Shown here one piece after another: positions 23,121-32,409 of a stretch of DNA of 64,000 nucleotides. The stretch is from a virus: positions 32,001 through 96,000 of IMG/VR virus record IMGVR_UViG_3300033233_000014; one strand, 5' to 3'. Both the position numbers and the translations under genes were made by a program. Each line of letters begins with the position of its first letter. Positions within the stretch are counted from its first letter, which is position 1. The notes under the pieces are model-generated. The model was not told the DNA's origin. It saw only the letters and a program-made list of their open reading frames with translations, and made no database searches.

Positions 23121-23594
23121 TCACCCACACCGGCTGTTCCGCGACTCCCCCAGCATCTCGAGCGCCAGATCCACCTGGGCCTCCGACCAGCGCCCCTCGC
23201 GTTCCCAGTTATCAAGCATGTTCCAAGCGATCTGGCGGCGCCGGCCCCGCAGCCCCATCGCGGCGACCGTCAGGAGTTCGTAGATCATCACGGTGAAGTC
23301 GTCCACGAGCATGCGCTCGACGAGCACGCCGTCCGTGATCCGCCTCCGGAGTTGGATCTCGACCATCGGCGGCAGCACGAAGCCCCGCGCGATGTGCTCC
23401 CGGCAGAGGCGCACGAAGCCATCATCGTCGCCGATCGGCTCGCCCTGGAGCACCAGCGCACACTCGAGGCCCTGCAGGTGCTCCAGCAGCCCCGCGTGGC
23501 GCTCCCGCGCTTGGGCCACCCGCCCTTCGACGCGCGCCTCGGCGTGGGCTTCGCGCCGGCGCCGCCGCATCCGAGGATCGGTGCGCGGATCCAT
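23121..23594 (-). CDS. Hypothetical protein
   Basis: ATG overlapping the upstream stop (TGATG). Confidence 0.6.
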   Translation of the reverse strand: MDPRTDPRMRRRRREAHAEARVEGRVAQARERHAGLLEHLQGLECALVLQGEPIGDDDGFVRLCREHIARGFVLPPMVEIQLRRRITDGVLVERMLVDDFTVMIYELLTVAAMGLRGRRRQIAWNMLDNWEREGRWSEAQVDLALEMLGESRNSRCG

Positions 23595-23803
23595 CAGGCC
23601 GCCACCGCGATCTCGGCGATGATCTTGTGGCACTTGACGCAGGCCACCCGCACGACGCCCTGCCCCACCACGTAGGACGCCTCGACGGCGGCCCGTGGAT
23701 GGCAGCGCCCGTGGAAGAACATCTCGGGGTGGGCGTGTCCATCCGCACAGTCCAGGCACCCGCCGCCCATCGCCTTGTCGAGTTGCTTCTTGTTCAGCGC
23801 CAT
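23594..23803 (-). CDS. Small Cys/His-rich protein
   Basis: CLDC...RCHP...CVKC; coupled start. Confidence 0.65.
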   Translation of the reverse strand: MALNKKQLDKAMGGGCLDCADGHAHPEMFFHGRCHPRAAVEASYVVGQGVVRVACVKCHKIIAEIAVAA

Positions 23804-24462
23804 CAGCGTCCTCCTCGCGCCAGCCTGTTCGGCACGATGGGCTGGTGCAGCCAATGTTCATCCGTCTGGACATGCTCCGCGCGCACGAACTTCGCCACCG
23901 ATCGCTCGAAGTCCGCATCGGCGAACTCGTCGGACACGCGCACGACCACGCCCTCGATCTCGTCGCCGAAGGTCGGCCCCGCGCTCCGGATGAGGCCCGC
24001 GGTGAAGCGATCGACGGCTGCGCCGTCCGGCAGTTTGAACTGCGCCAGCGTCGGGACGACCTGCAAGTCGAGGCCGAGCGCGAGGCCGATGGTATCGGCC
24101 ACACTCAGCCAGACGTGCCGCACCTCGTCCCGCGCCCCGAAGATGAGGAAGTAGGACGGGAGATCCCAGTACGCGATCGAGTGCCGCGCGTAGAGCCACT
24201 CCCCGAAGAGGGACACGCCGGCCGGGATCCGATGCCGAACTTCCGCCCACAGCGCCTTCGCCCGATTGAAGGAGGCATGCGTCGGCGGCCCCTCGTGCGA
24301 CCGCGCGAAGATGCCCTCGCGCGTGAAGCAGCAGTTCGACCCGTCCATCTTCTCGGAGAAGTGGAGCAGCCGCCCCGCGAGGGCGCCCGCCGACTCGAGC
24401 CGGAGATCGTCCCGCGCCTCGGCGGGGCTCGACGGCAGATGCGCGATCCGCGGATACTTCAC
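23803..24462 (-). CDS. ATP-dependent RNA ligase family protein (Rnl2-like adenylation domain)
   Basis: KYPRIAHLPSS, EKMDGSN (motif I), FGEWLYARHSIAY, EGVVVR, VAKFVRAEHVQTDEHW. Confidence 0.85.
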   Translation of the reverse strand: MKYPRIAHLPSSPAEARDDLRLESAGALAGRLLHFSEKMDGSNCCFTREGIFARSHEGPPTHASFNRAKALWAEVRHRIPAGVSLFGEWLYARHSIAYWDLPSYFLIFGARDEVRHVWLSVADTIGLALGLDLQVVPTLAQFKLPDGAAVDRFTAGLIRSAGPTFGDEIEGVVVRVSDEFADADFERSVAKFVRAEHVQTDEHWLHQPIVPNRLARGGR

Positions 24463-24644
24463 GCCGGCCCCGTCGGTTCCCAGACATCGGTGCGCGTCCC
24501 GTCCTGCTCGAGGTAGACCTCCTTCGTCGCCCCGCACCGGCAGGTGAAGAAGTAGTCACACGCCTGCGCGGCACCCTTCCCGTCCTCGTGCCACGCATGC
24601 GCGTGCGCCGGCTTCGGCAGGGGCTTCTTGGCCTTCGAGTTCAT
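24459..24644 (-). CDS. Hypothetical protein
   Basis: Coupled small ORF MNSKAKK...CRCG. Confidence 0.5.
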   Translation of the reverse strand: MNSKAKKPLPKPAHAHAWHEDGKGAAQACDYFFTCRCGATKEVYLEQDGTRTDVWEPTGPA

Positions 24645-25060
24645 GCGCCCTCCTTGGCGAGCCGCACCAAGAGGCCGAAGACCGGCGTCTCGATGGGTAG
24701 CGGCTCGCCGGATATGTCGAGCCAGATCGTCGTCATCCCCGCGAACGGCGGCAACTTCGGCAGGCCGCTGCACAGATCCGACGCCACGATAACCAACCCC
24801 GGGCCCGGCGGCGCCCATCGCTGCAGGCGCTTGAACACGCAGCAGATGTCCGTGCCTCCGCCCCCGATGTTCTCCTTGAAGGGCCACCGGCCGGTGAACT
24901 CGGCCTCGATCTCGGCCCGCACCTCGGTATCGAAGGCGTAGTAGTGCGCGCGGGTGAACCCGAGCGCCCGCGCGATCTCCTCGGCCTTGCGGATGCCCCG
25001 CTCCGCCAAGTCCGGCGGGATCGACCCCGACACATCGAACGCGATCACGCACTTGCTCAT
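24641..25060 (-). CDS. Stand-alone vWA-like domain protein
   Basis: IAFDVSGSI, AFDTEV, GGGGTD, VASDL. Confidence 0.7.
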   Translation of the reverse strand: MSKCVIAFDVSGSIPPDLAERGIRKAEEIARALGFTRAHYYAFDTEVRAEIEAEFTGRWPFKENIGGGGTDICCVFKRLQRWAPPGPGLVIVASDLCSGLPKLPPFAGMTTIWLDISGEPLPIETPVFGLLVRLAKEGA

Positions 25061-25470
25061 GCCGTCCTCCGTGCCTTGCGCTCGCGTGACACCTTCCGCT
25101 CGAGGCTCTCCCGCAGCGCCCGCACCACCGCCCGCTTCTTCGCCGGCTCCTGCCACGTCCCGAACCACGCGGCATCCCGCTCGATCTTCTTGAGCGCCCG
25201 GACGGCCCGCGAGTAGAGCCGCTGCTCCTCGGCCTCGTAGTGCAGGCCGATGACGCCGCGCGTCTCCTGCCGCAGCCGCCTGGTGCCCTCGTACCCCGTC
25301 GCCGCATCGAGCACCTCGGCCGCCGCGATGACCTCGACGTACTCGTAGTGGTTCAGCCCGGTGCCTGTCCGCAGCGCCTGCCGCACCTTCCTGGCGATCT
25401 CGCTCTGGACTCCGCCGAGCCAGTCGAGCGCCGTGTCGTCTTGGAACGGTTGATCTCCCCATGCACCCAT
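25057..25470 (-). CDS. DUF4259-like protein
   Basis: MGAWG..PFQDDTALDWL...IAAAEVL. Confidence 0.7.
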   Translation of the reverse strand: MGAWGDQPFQDDTALDWLGGVQSEIARKVRQALRTGTGLNHYEYVEVIAAAEVLDAATGYEGTRRLRQETRGVIGLHYEAEEQRLYSRAVRALKKIERDAAWFGTWQEPAKKRAVVRALRESLERKVSRERKARRTA

Positions 25471-25480
25471 CGTCGTCCTC

Positions 25481-25723
25481 CTACTTCCGCCGCCCGCGGC
25501 AGCCCTCGCACGCCTCCGTGATGCCGAGATCCGCGACCTCGGCCAGGAACGCCGCCACGTCCGCTGCGCTCAACCGCCGCACCTTCCGGCCCGAGATGTC
25601 GCGCCCTGTGTAGGTCGCCGACACCCCGGAGCACCGCCCGTGCAGGATGCGCCCATTGTCGCCCTCGTACAACGCCTCCGGCGCGAGCACCACCTTGTCC
25701 TCGGGCAGCACGCGAGGCTTCAC
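25481..25723 (-). CDS. Hypothetical protein
   Basis: Coupled GTG start; H.RC...CEGC. Confidence 0.55.
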   Translation of the reverse strand: MKPRVLPEDKVVLAPEALYEGDNGRILHGRCSGVSATYTGRDISGRKVRRLSAADVAAFLAEVADLGITEACEGCRGRRK

Positions 25724-25944
25724 GCCGCCCTCCGCGCCGCGCCCTGGATCTCGGCGACGTACACATCCCCGTACTCGCCATCCGGGCAGATCGGGGTGAT
25801 GACGATGCAGAACCACCGGGCGTAGGGCTTGGCGTCGTCCACTTGGTACTTCTTGAGCACCCGCCACTCCCACGTCCCGTCCGCCGAACGCCAGACCTCG
25901 TAGGGCTGGTCCTTCGGCCGCGTCTTCCCGCACAGGTTCTTCAT
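25720..25944 (-). CDS. Hypothetical protein
   Basis: SD AAGGAGG downstream of a strong promoter. Confidence 0.75.
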   Translation of the reverse strand: MKNLCGKTRPKDQPYEVWRSADGTWEWRVLKKYQVDDAKPYARWFCIVITPICPDGEYGDVYVAEIQGAARRAA

Positions 25945-25968
25945 TGGCTGTCCTCCTTGACTGCTGAG

Positions 25969-25997
25969 ATTGTACCCGATACACGATTCTTTGTCAA
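25969..25997 (-). promoter_or_regulatory. Early-type sigma70 promoter (ATCGGG class)
   Basis: TTGACA-17-TACAAT with ATCGGG immediately before -10. Confidence 0.8.
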
Positions 25998-26022
25998 GTC
26001 TGATTCTGGATTTCCGCCGGCC

Positions 26023-26526
26023 CTACGCCACCGCCCGGACGAGTTCCGACCCGCGCTCGTTCCGCACGATCTCCCACCCGACGGGGACGCCGGCCTCCAT
26101 CGCCAGGGCGAACCCCGGCTGCCACTCGGCATCGCCCCCGTCTGTCACCACGCAGAGCGCCTCCCCGAGGTGGTACTTGAGCGCCACGAGGCACGCCTGC
26201 ACCACCACGTCGTAGGGCGCCCGCTCCGTCTTGCAGAAGGCGAAGCACCGACCGTCGCCGTGTCCCTGTTCCTGGCGGTACAGCGCCCGCGTCCGCAGGA
26301 TTGCGTCGGCCTCCCGCTCGATCTCGAAGGGCTCACACCCCTGCTCCCCGTTGAACGCCACCCGCGTACCGTTGGCAACAGGCTTCCGCTGGTGGTCGTA
26401 CTTCCCCACCAGCCGGATCCCGCGCGCTCGCGCTGCCGCGAAGACCTTGGCGCAGTCCGCCGCCGCCGCTCGGAACGCCCCCGCGTCGAGATCGGGCGTC
26501 CGGTACCAGTAGTTCGTGTAGCCCAT
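26023..26526 (-). CDS. Hypothetical protein
   Basis: MGYTNYW...FNG...E.F...FCKTERAPYD..V...SDG-like motif. Confidence 0.7.
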   Translation of the reverse strand: MGYTNYWYRTPDLDAGAFRAAAADCAKVFAAARARGIRLVGKYDHQRKPVANGTRVAFNGEQGCEPFEIEREADAILRTRALYRQEQGHGDGRCFAFCKTERAPYDVVVQACLVALKYHLGEALCVVTDGGDAEWQPGFALAMEAGVPVGWEIVRNERGSELVRAVA

Positions 26527-27143
26527 TAGGCCACCTCCCGCGCGATCACGAACGGCCCCTTCGGGCCGACGCCCTGCGCCCCGGCGAACGTCGCCTGCAG
26601 CACACGCCAGAGCGCCGGGCGCTGCGCGCCCGGGATCAGGTTGACCTTCGCCTCGCCGTCCCACCGGCGCCCGGGGACGTTCCGCACCGCCGCCACGAAC
26701 GCGGGGTTCCACGCCGTCCGCACCGCGAGCATCCCGTCGGGCCGCTCCTCGATCCGCACCGTGCAGAGCCGCTCCTGCACCACGTCGGCGAGCGCCGTGT
26801 ACCCGAGGAGGCGAAGCCCGTGCGTCGCCGCAATCGCAAGCGGCAGCGCTTCCGTGCTGGCGAAGTGAACCAGCAGGTTCGCCGCCTTGCGCGAGTCGTT
26901 CGCCAGGATCGCGCACTCGACGCGCGAGGCGAACTCGACGACCTCGAGCGTGTTCTCGGCATTGATCAGCGCCTCGACCACCGGCCGCATCTGCGCCTCA
27001 CTACAGGGGTAGGCGTCCTCGTACTGGTACTTGCGGCGGCACACGGGGCCGATCCCGAACTCGATGCTCGTCGCATCGACCAGCGGACGCCCGCAGGCGC
27101 AGCAGGTTGAGGCCACCTTCGGCTGCCACTTCGTCGTGTTCAT
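26526..27143 (-). CDS. DUF6011-like Zn-ribbon plus HARP-like domain protein
   Basis: CACGRPLVDATSIEFGIGPVC; C-terminal FVAAVRNVPGRRWDGEAK.NLIP. Confidence 0.65.
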   Translation of the reverse strand: MNTTKWQPKVASTCCACGRPLVDATSIEFGIGPVCRRKYQYEDAYPCSEAQMRPVVEALINAENTLEVVEFASRVECAILANDSRKAANLLVHFASTEALPLAIAATHGLRLLGYTALADVVQERLCTVRIEERPDGMLAVRTAWNPAFVAAVRNVPGRRWDGEAKVNLIPGAQRPALWRVLQATFAGAQGVGPKGPFVIAREVA

Positions 27144-27162
27144 GTTGTCCTCCATGTCCCAA

Positions 27163-27191
27163 ATCATACCCGATGCCTGTACTTTTGTCAA
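27163..27191 (-). promoter_or_regulatory. Early-type sigma70 promoter (ATCGGG class)
   Basis: TTGACA-17-TATGAT. Confidence 0.8.
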
Positions 27192-27277
27192 GGTGGAATC
27201 CAGAAGAAAAGCCGCTGGCGAGCCGGAACGTAAGTCCCGGCCCGTCAACGGCTTCTGTGGACGCTCTGGACGCTGCT

Positions 27278-27844
27278 CTACTCGCGCTTCGCGGGACGCT
27301 TCTTGCCGATGCCGTTCTTGCCGAAGCGCTCGCGGCGCTTGGCCCACGCCCGCTTCGCCGCATCGGCACGCTCCGCCTTCGTCCGCTTCGGCTCGGCCGG
27401 GCGCGCCTTCGGCCGCTCGGCCTTGGGCTTCTCGGCCTTCGCCTTCGCGGGCTTGGCGGGCGTCTTCGTCTTCATCGCCTTCACCTTCGCCTCCTTCACC
27501 GCGGCCTCCGCAGGGGCCGGGCTCTCGGGCGCGGCCGGCGCCGGTGTCTCCACCACCGTCTCGCCCGCCTTCGCCCCACCGTTCGCCTTCGCCACGCTCT
27601 CCTCCTTCGGCGCGATTCTCGCGTCGCGCCACGTCTTGCCGTTGAGTTCACGCACCCAACCCGCGCCGAGCCCGCACGCACAGGCGGGCCCGGTGTTCTT
27701 CTCGACCGCCTCCTTGACCGACATCTTCCACCGCCGGAAGCCGTCCAGGTCGTAGACGCGATGCTGCCCGAGCGCGAAGCCGTGCATGTCCTGCACATGG
27801 AAGGTGCCGTCGGCCCCGCGTCGAACCTCGTGTGTCACGTTCAT
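27278..27844 (-). CDS. Histone H1-like Lys/Ala/Pro-rich putative DNA-binding protein
   Basis: KPAKAKAEKPK tract and AAKRAWAKRR C-terminus. Confidence 0.65.
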   Translation of the reverse strand: MNVTHEVRRGADGTFHVQDMHGFALGQHRVYDLDGFRRWKMSVKEAVEKNTGPACACGLGAGWVRELNGKTWRDARIAPKEESVAKANGGAKAGETVVETPAPAAPESPAPAEAAVKEAKVKAMKTKTPAKPAKAKAEKPKAERPKARPAEPKRTKAERADAAKRAWAKRRERFGKNGIGKKRPAKRE

Positions 27845-28086
27845 CGCGGCGCTCCTTCCGGCACAATCACCTCGGTGTCATGACGCAGATGGAACCGCGC
27901 GAGGGTGACATGCCGTCCCGTCGCGTTCGCGGCCTCCTGGGCGAAGCGCCGCAGGAGATCGAGGCGCGCCTTGTCCGCCGCCACGAGCGGCATCCAGCCC
28001 ATGCTGGTGTGCCACGCGACGACGCCCTCCTCGCCATCGGCCTCGGTCGCCAGGAAGGCGAAGATCTCCTCGATGTGGAACGGCAC
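27841..28086 (-). CDS. Hypothetical protein
   Basis: IEEIFAFLA...EEGV...MPLVAAD. Confidence 0.55.
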   Translation of the reverse strand: MPFHIEEIFAFLATEADGEEGVVAWHTSMGWMPLVAADKARLDLLRRFAQEAANATGRHVTLARFHLRHDTEVIVPEGAPR

Positions 28087-28088
28087 CG

Positions 28089-28487
28089 CTACGACATCCT
28101 CGCTTCCGCCCGTGCCTCGGCCAGCGCCTCCCGACGCGCATCGGCATCGGTGAAGTCCGGCCGTCCCTTCGGACCGTCCCCACTCTTCGTGATCCAGCCT
28201 GCCGGCACACGCCAGATGCGGTAGGCGCCGAAGTCGACGGTGACGCGCTTCTGCCCCAGGTTGGTCACGCGCCCCGGCGTGCCCTTCGGCAGCCGCCGCT
28301 GGTCCGCCTGCGCCATCACCACGTTGTCGCCCTTCTTGAACGCCACCAGCGCGAGCCGGTCCCGCTGCGCGTGCCGCGCCTTCATCTCGTCCCACAGCGC
28401 CCGCGCCGCCTGCTCGATCTCCGCCTCGTCCGGACACTCCTGCGCCAGCCGCAGCACCTTCTCCGCCAACGTCAGTCTCGATCCCAT
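28089..28487 (-). CDS. Hypothetical protein (SH3/KOW-like C-terminus)
   Basis: SD AAGGAGG; FKKGDNV...GRVTNLGQKRVTVDF. Confidence 0.65.
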   Translation of the reverse strand: MGSRLTLAEKVLRLAQECPDEAEIEQAARALWDEMKARHAQRDRLALVAFKKGDNVVMAQADQRRLPKGTPGRVTNLGQKRVTVDFGAYRIWRVPAGWITKSGDGPKGRPDFTDADARREALAEARAEARMS

Positions 28488-28527
28488 CGCCGTCCTCCTT
28501 CCGTCGTCCCTATTGACGTTGACCCCT

Positions 28528-28556
28528 ATATTACTACTTTCGTCAAGAGAAGTCAA
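28528..28556 (-). promoter_or_regulatory. Sigma70-type promoter
   Basis: TTGACT-17-TAATAT. Confidence 0.55.
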
Positions 28557-28568
28557 GTCCACAAGCCC

Positions 28569-28589
28569 GACTGCAGACAGTCTGCAGTC
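28569..28589. repeat. 21-bp palindrome (copy 2)
   Basis: GACTGCAGAC-A-GTCTGCAGTC. Confidence 0.8.
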
Positions 28590-31221
28590 ACGCCTCGTGG
28601 GCGAAGAGGGGGACGTTGCCGGCCAGACGGCGCCGCGCGATCTGGGCGTACTCGGGGTTCAACTCGGTGCCGATCGCGTTCCGGCCGAAGCAGTTGGCGA
28701 CGAGCAACGTGGTGCCGCTGCCCGCGAAGGGATCGAGGACGGTGCAAGGCACCGGCTCATGCGGCCTCCACGTCGCGATCGGCTGTCCTTCCGGCGTGAA
28801 CCCGCCGGTGTCGATCTCCTGCCCGCACTTGCACGTCGGTTCCCATCCCGCGTCCTGTCGACGGTAGGTGCCATCGTGCGACTTCGTAGCGATCGACGCC
28901 CCATACTTGAGATTGGCTTCCCGAGTGTTGGGATGCCGGCTCCAGTCCTTGCCGATCGTTCCGCCCGCCGCCACCACGACACGCCGCCACGGCGCCCCGC
29001 ACTCCGGGCAGCAGCCATGCTCGCTCGAGCCCGCCTTCACGCACGGAATGACGAGCGCCTTGGGGAACGTGGCGAAATGGGCCTCGGGACAGGGCTCGGT
29101 GGCGATCTCCCAGACGGAGCGGATGTTGCGCCCTTGGAGCATGCGCTCGAGCGCCTCGGGATCGCCCCACATGCGATTCGGATTGGCGATCGCCTCTCGC
29201 CCGACCCGCACGGCGCCCTCGTGTCGGTACTGCTTCCGCGGCGCGTCGCTCGAATCGCTGCGCTCGACCGGCGCCGTCTCCGTCACGCCCGGGAACATCT
29301 CGACTGTCGGGTTCTTGGGCTGCATCTCCGCCAGCCGAGCCGCCGCTGCCTCTGCGTCGCCCACCGACCGCTTCTGGCCGATGTGCGTCGCACCGCTCGA
29401 CTTGAGCAGCGGATCCTCCGTCTCCTTGTGCTTCCCCCCGATCCGGTTCTTCTTCTCGATTACCTTCCGCAAGTCGCTCATGTTGGAGCGCAGCGGCTCC
29501 AACACGGCATGCCGATCGAAGAAGTACCGCTCGCTCTTGGCGAGTAGGAAGAGGAACTCGTGGCTCCGCGTCGGCCGATCCTCCACGCTCTCCGGCATGG
29601 GATTCGGCTTGGAGTTGTGCGTCAGCACGCCGGACGCAAGCGCGAAGACATGCGGCTCGTCTGCGACACCAAGATCCCACACCTCACGGCACCGCGCCTT
29701 CCGAATCTCGATGATCTCCCCCATGTCGCGATCGTTGTGGTGCCCGCTGCGCTCCGTGCGGATCTCGCCCTTGAAAGTCGAGCGGCGGCCGTTCTGGAAC
29801 CGTGCCCACCCGGGGTTGAGCGTGAGTGTGTACCCGAGGCGGGCGCACGCAACACGAAGATCGCGCTCGAGGCTATAGTTCCGGCAGAAGCCAAGACGCC
29901 ATCGCCGGTTCTTCGCGTCCCAATGCCCATCGCCCTCAAGGTAGCCCAGGACGAACGCGGCGAGGAACCGATTCGAGTAGCGCCATACGACCGGCGCGAA
30001 CGCCTTGTCGTGAGCGGTTCGGCCGGACACGAGTTCATCAAGGATCGCGAACAACACGCGGCCGTAGACCCGGATGTTCATACAGTTCCCCGACACCGTC
30101 CGAGTAGCCGATCCGCCGTACTTTCGCGAAACACGCTGCACGCGCTCCCATCTCGCTTCTTCTTTCGCGTGGCCGGCAATCTGAATCGTGCTTCCGGCAC
30201 GCGATCCCTCGGCGAGATAGAGGCCAGCGAACCATGCAGCGTCCTCGTCGAGCGCGCAGTCCCTTGGGTTCTCCGGTTCGGGCAGGGCAACACGGGAAAG
30301 CACGTCTCCGGGCCGCATTTCCGACGCCGCGAGAAGCCCACGCGCCGTAGGGAAACGGTGTGTCGTGGTGCAGGAGATCCTCTCGCCGCTCCGGAGGACG
30401 ATTTCAACTTCGTTACCCGAGCGCGGTGACATCGACATGCCGAGCAGCCGAGTCCACCGACTCCCGTTCCAGAGCTGCACCGACTCCGGCGCGAGACGGG
30501 CGAGATCCCTGACCATCGTGACCGTCTCGCCTTTCGCGGTTTTCGCGTAGACCCATGTCCCGCCGGAGAGGCACCACACGATGTCGGAACGCAGCCACCA
30601 GCCATCCTCCTGCAGCGCGAAGGCCACGCGCCAGGGCATGCCAATCAAGTCCTTCGTCTTGATCCCACCCCAGTCCCTCCGCCAGCGCGCATGCTTCTCC
30701 GGCGCCACCTGTTCCGGCCGCGGCGGCTCGTCCCCGCGCTCGGCCCGCAGCCCGGTGTACGTCCGCGCCCCGCCGTTCGAACAGAACGAGTCCCCGAGGT
30801 TGAGCCAGCAGGTGCCCTCGGGCCGCAGCACGCGCCGGACGGCCCGGAAGACCTCGACGAGATGCTGGACGTAAAGAAATGGCGAAGGCTCGAGGCCGAG
30901 ATTCCCCAGCCATGCCTCGCACTTCCGGCAGACGGCATCCTCGCGCCAGCGCGCCTTGCGGATGCGCTCGGCGTTCTCCGGCCCCGGCTCGTGGAACGCC
31001 TCGCCCGACGATCCCGCCCCGCCCCCACCCTCGACGTAGTACCGACTCTCCTGCCACTCATGCGCGCAGGCCGGATCGGAACCACCCCACACCTGGGGCT
31101 CCGTGTCGTAGCTTCTCAACCCAAAATATGGAGGCGACGTCATCACGGTGTGGATCGAGTCGGCCGGCAACGTAGCGAGTTGCACCCGCACGTCGCCCTC
31201 AAGGATGCGCCACGTCGACAT
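28588..31221 (-). CDS. DNA N4-cytosine/N6-adenine methyltransferase (beta class), intein-containing
   Basis: TSPPY catalytic motif, KDLIGMPWRVAFALQ, HFATFP, VLDPFAGSGTT. Confidence 0.9.
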   Translation of the reverse strand: MSTWRILEGDVRVQLATLPADSIHTVMTSPPYFGLRSYDTEPQVWGGSDPACAHEWQESRYYVEGGGGAGSSGEAFHEPGPENAERIRKARWREDAVCRKCEAWLGNLGLEPSPFLYVQHLVEVFRAVRRVLRPEGTCWLNLGDSFCSNGGARTYTGLRAERGDEPPRPEQVAPEKHARWRRDWGGIKTKDLIGMPWRVAFALQEDGWWLRSDIVWCLSGGTWVYAKTAKGETVTMVRDLARLAPESVQLWNGSRWTRLLGMSMSPRSGNEVEIVLRSGERISCTTTHRFPTARGLLAASEMRPGDVLSRVALPEPENPRDCALDEDAAWFAGLYLAEGSRAGSTIQIAGHAKEEARWERVQRVSRKYGGSATRTVSGNCMNIRVYGRVLFAILDELVSGRTAHDKAFAPVVWRYSNRFLAAFVLGYLEGDGHWDAKNRRWRLGFCRNYSLERDLRVACARLGYTLTLNPGWARFQNGRRSTFKGEIRTERSGHHNDRDMGEIIEIRKARCREVWDLGVADEPHVFALASGVLTHNSKPNPMPESVEDRPTRSHEFLFLLAKSERYFFDRHAVLEPLRSNMSDLRKVIEKKNRIGGKHKETEDPLLKSSGATHIGQKRSVGDAEAAAARLAEMQPKNPTVEMFPGVTETAPVERSDSSDAPRKQYRHEGAVRVGREAIANPNRMWGDPEALERMLQGRNIRSVWEIATEPCPEAHFATFPKALVIPCVKAGSSEHGCCPECGAPWRRVVVAAGGTIGKDWSRHPNTREANLKYGASIATKSHDGTYRRQDAGWEPTCKCGQEIDTGGFTPEGQPIATWRPHEPVPCTVLDPFAGSGTTLLVANCFGRNAIGTELNPEYAQIARRRLAGNVPLFAHEA
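29614..30573 (-). mobile_element. Intein with LAGLIDADG homing endonuclease (320 aa)
   Basis: W/CLSGGT...THRF...AWFAGLYLAEG...FVLGYLEGDG...VWDLGV...GVLTHN/SKPNPMP; removal restores IVW-SKPNPMPES. Confidence 0.9.
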
Positions 31222-31425
31222 CGCCGGCAGTCTAACTCGACTCGGCCGGCATTGCCGGCGGCGTCGTCTGCTTCGGTGCCTGCCACCGCTCGGGATCGAC
31301 CGTCGCGCTGATCTCCCGGAACGCCCCGCAGTCCGGGCACCAGGCCGCCTCGGACGGCAGCAGCCGCTCGTCGGGACGGAGCACGCCGCCCCGGAGCATC
31401 ACGGCCCGGCGATGGCGGCAGAGGC

Positions 31426-31836
31426 TCAGATCGGCTCCCACCGGCGCGAGGCGAAGTCGTACTCGTAGCGTCGGGCCACCCACAGGGCCTTCGCCCATCG
31501 GCCGAGGAGCCGCTGCCACCACGGCATCCCTTCACGGAAGATCTTGACAGCCACGGCGTGGCCCCGCTCCGCCTGCTCGAGCGTCGGCCAACGCTTGCAC
31601 CACCGTTCGCGGCCATCGGGGCCGAACACCATCGTCTCGAAGAGGAGTGGCGGGCCACCGAAGAAGTTGTGATCCATCCCGAGGAACACCGTCGAGATGG
31701 TCACCCGCCAGAGGTGATCGAAGGCGATCCGGCGCCGCTCGCCGGCGTACTCGAACCACCGCGCCCACTCGAGCGTGTCCTTGACAGGCTGCGGGCGCCC
31801 CAGCGCGTCGAGGACGTAGAGATCGTCACGCTCCAT
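31426..31836 (-). CDS. Hypothetical protein
   Basis: ISTVFLGMDHNF...PLLFETMVF...A.RGH motif. Confidence 0.7.
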   Translation of the reverse strand: MERDDLYVLDALGRPQPVKDTLEWARWFEYAGERRRIAFDHLWRVTISTVFLGMDHNFFGGPPLLFETMVFGPDGRERWCKRWPTLEQAERGHAVAVKIFREGMPWWQRLLGRWAKALWVARRYEYDFASRRWEPI

Positions 31837-32146
31837 CGCGCTTCGCCTTCCGTCCCGCCGCCACGCCCGCCAAGAACGCCTCGCGCGGCGTCGGGTTGTT
31901 CCCGCGGCCGAAGCCCGCCCCGAAGACGGGATGGTTGCAGCCATCGAAGAGCGCAGCGAGGCGATCCCGCTCGGCCGCGCTGCAGTAGCCGAGGCCGTAG
32001 CCGATGTTCGCCTTCGCGTGCGGCGTGATCTCCTCGTAGGCCATGAGGAACGCCCGCGCCTCTTCAGGAGTGCGGACATCTTGGATGGCCTGCATGGTCT
32101 CTCCCATCGTCTTGAGGATCCTCCCCTTCCAGATGAAGTCGCTCAT
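31826..32146 (-). CDS. Hypothetical protein
   Basis: Coupled ORF MSDFIWKG. Confidence 0.6.
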   Translation of the reverse strand: MSDFIWKGRILKTMGETMQAIQDVRTPEEARAFLMAYEEITPHAKANIGYGLGYCSAAERDRLAALFDGCNHPVFGAGFGRGNNPTPREAFLAGVAAGRKAKRDGA

Positions 32147-32409
32147 CGTCGTTCCTCTCCAATCGCCTGGAGGATTCCCTCCGCGATGGCCCTGAAGACC
32201 TGTCGGATGACCGTCGGCGTGTCCAACGTCGGCCCCACCGGCTCCGCCTTCACCCGCGGCCCGGTGCCCTTGCCCTTCCGGCCCGCGCTCAGCCTGGCCT
32301 TCCAGCACTCCCGGCAGACGCGCATGAGGCCCCACTTGTTCCGTGAGAAGTCCCCTGCCACCAGCGAGCGCTGGCAGCGCTTACAGCGGAACTTCTTGAT
32401 GCGCCCCAC
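32143..32409 (-). CDS. Small Zn-finger protein
   Basis: CKRC...F.RNK.GL..VCREC. Confidence 0.6.
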   Translation of the reverse strand: MGRIKKFRCKRCQRSLVAGDFSRNKWGLMRVCRECWKARLSAGRKGKGTGPRVKAEPVGPTLDTPTVIRQVFRAIAEGILQAIGEERR

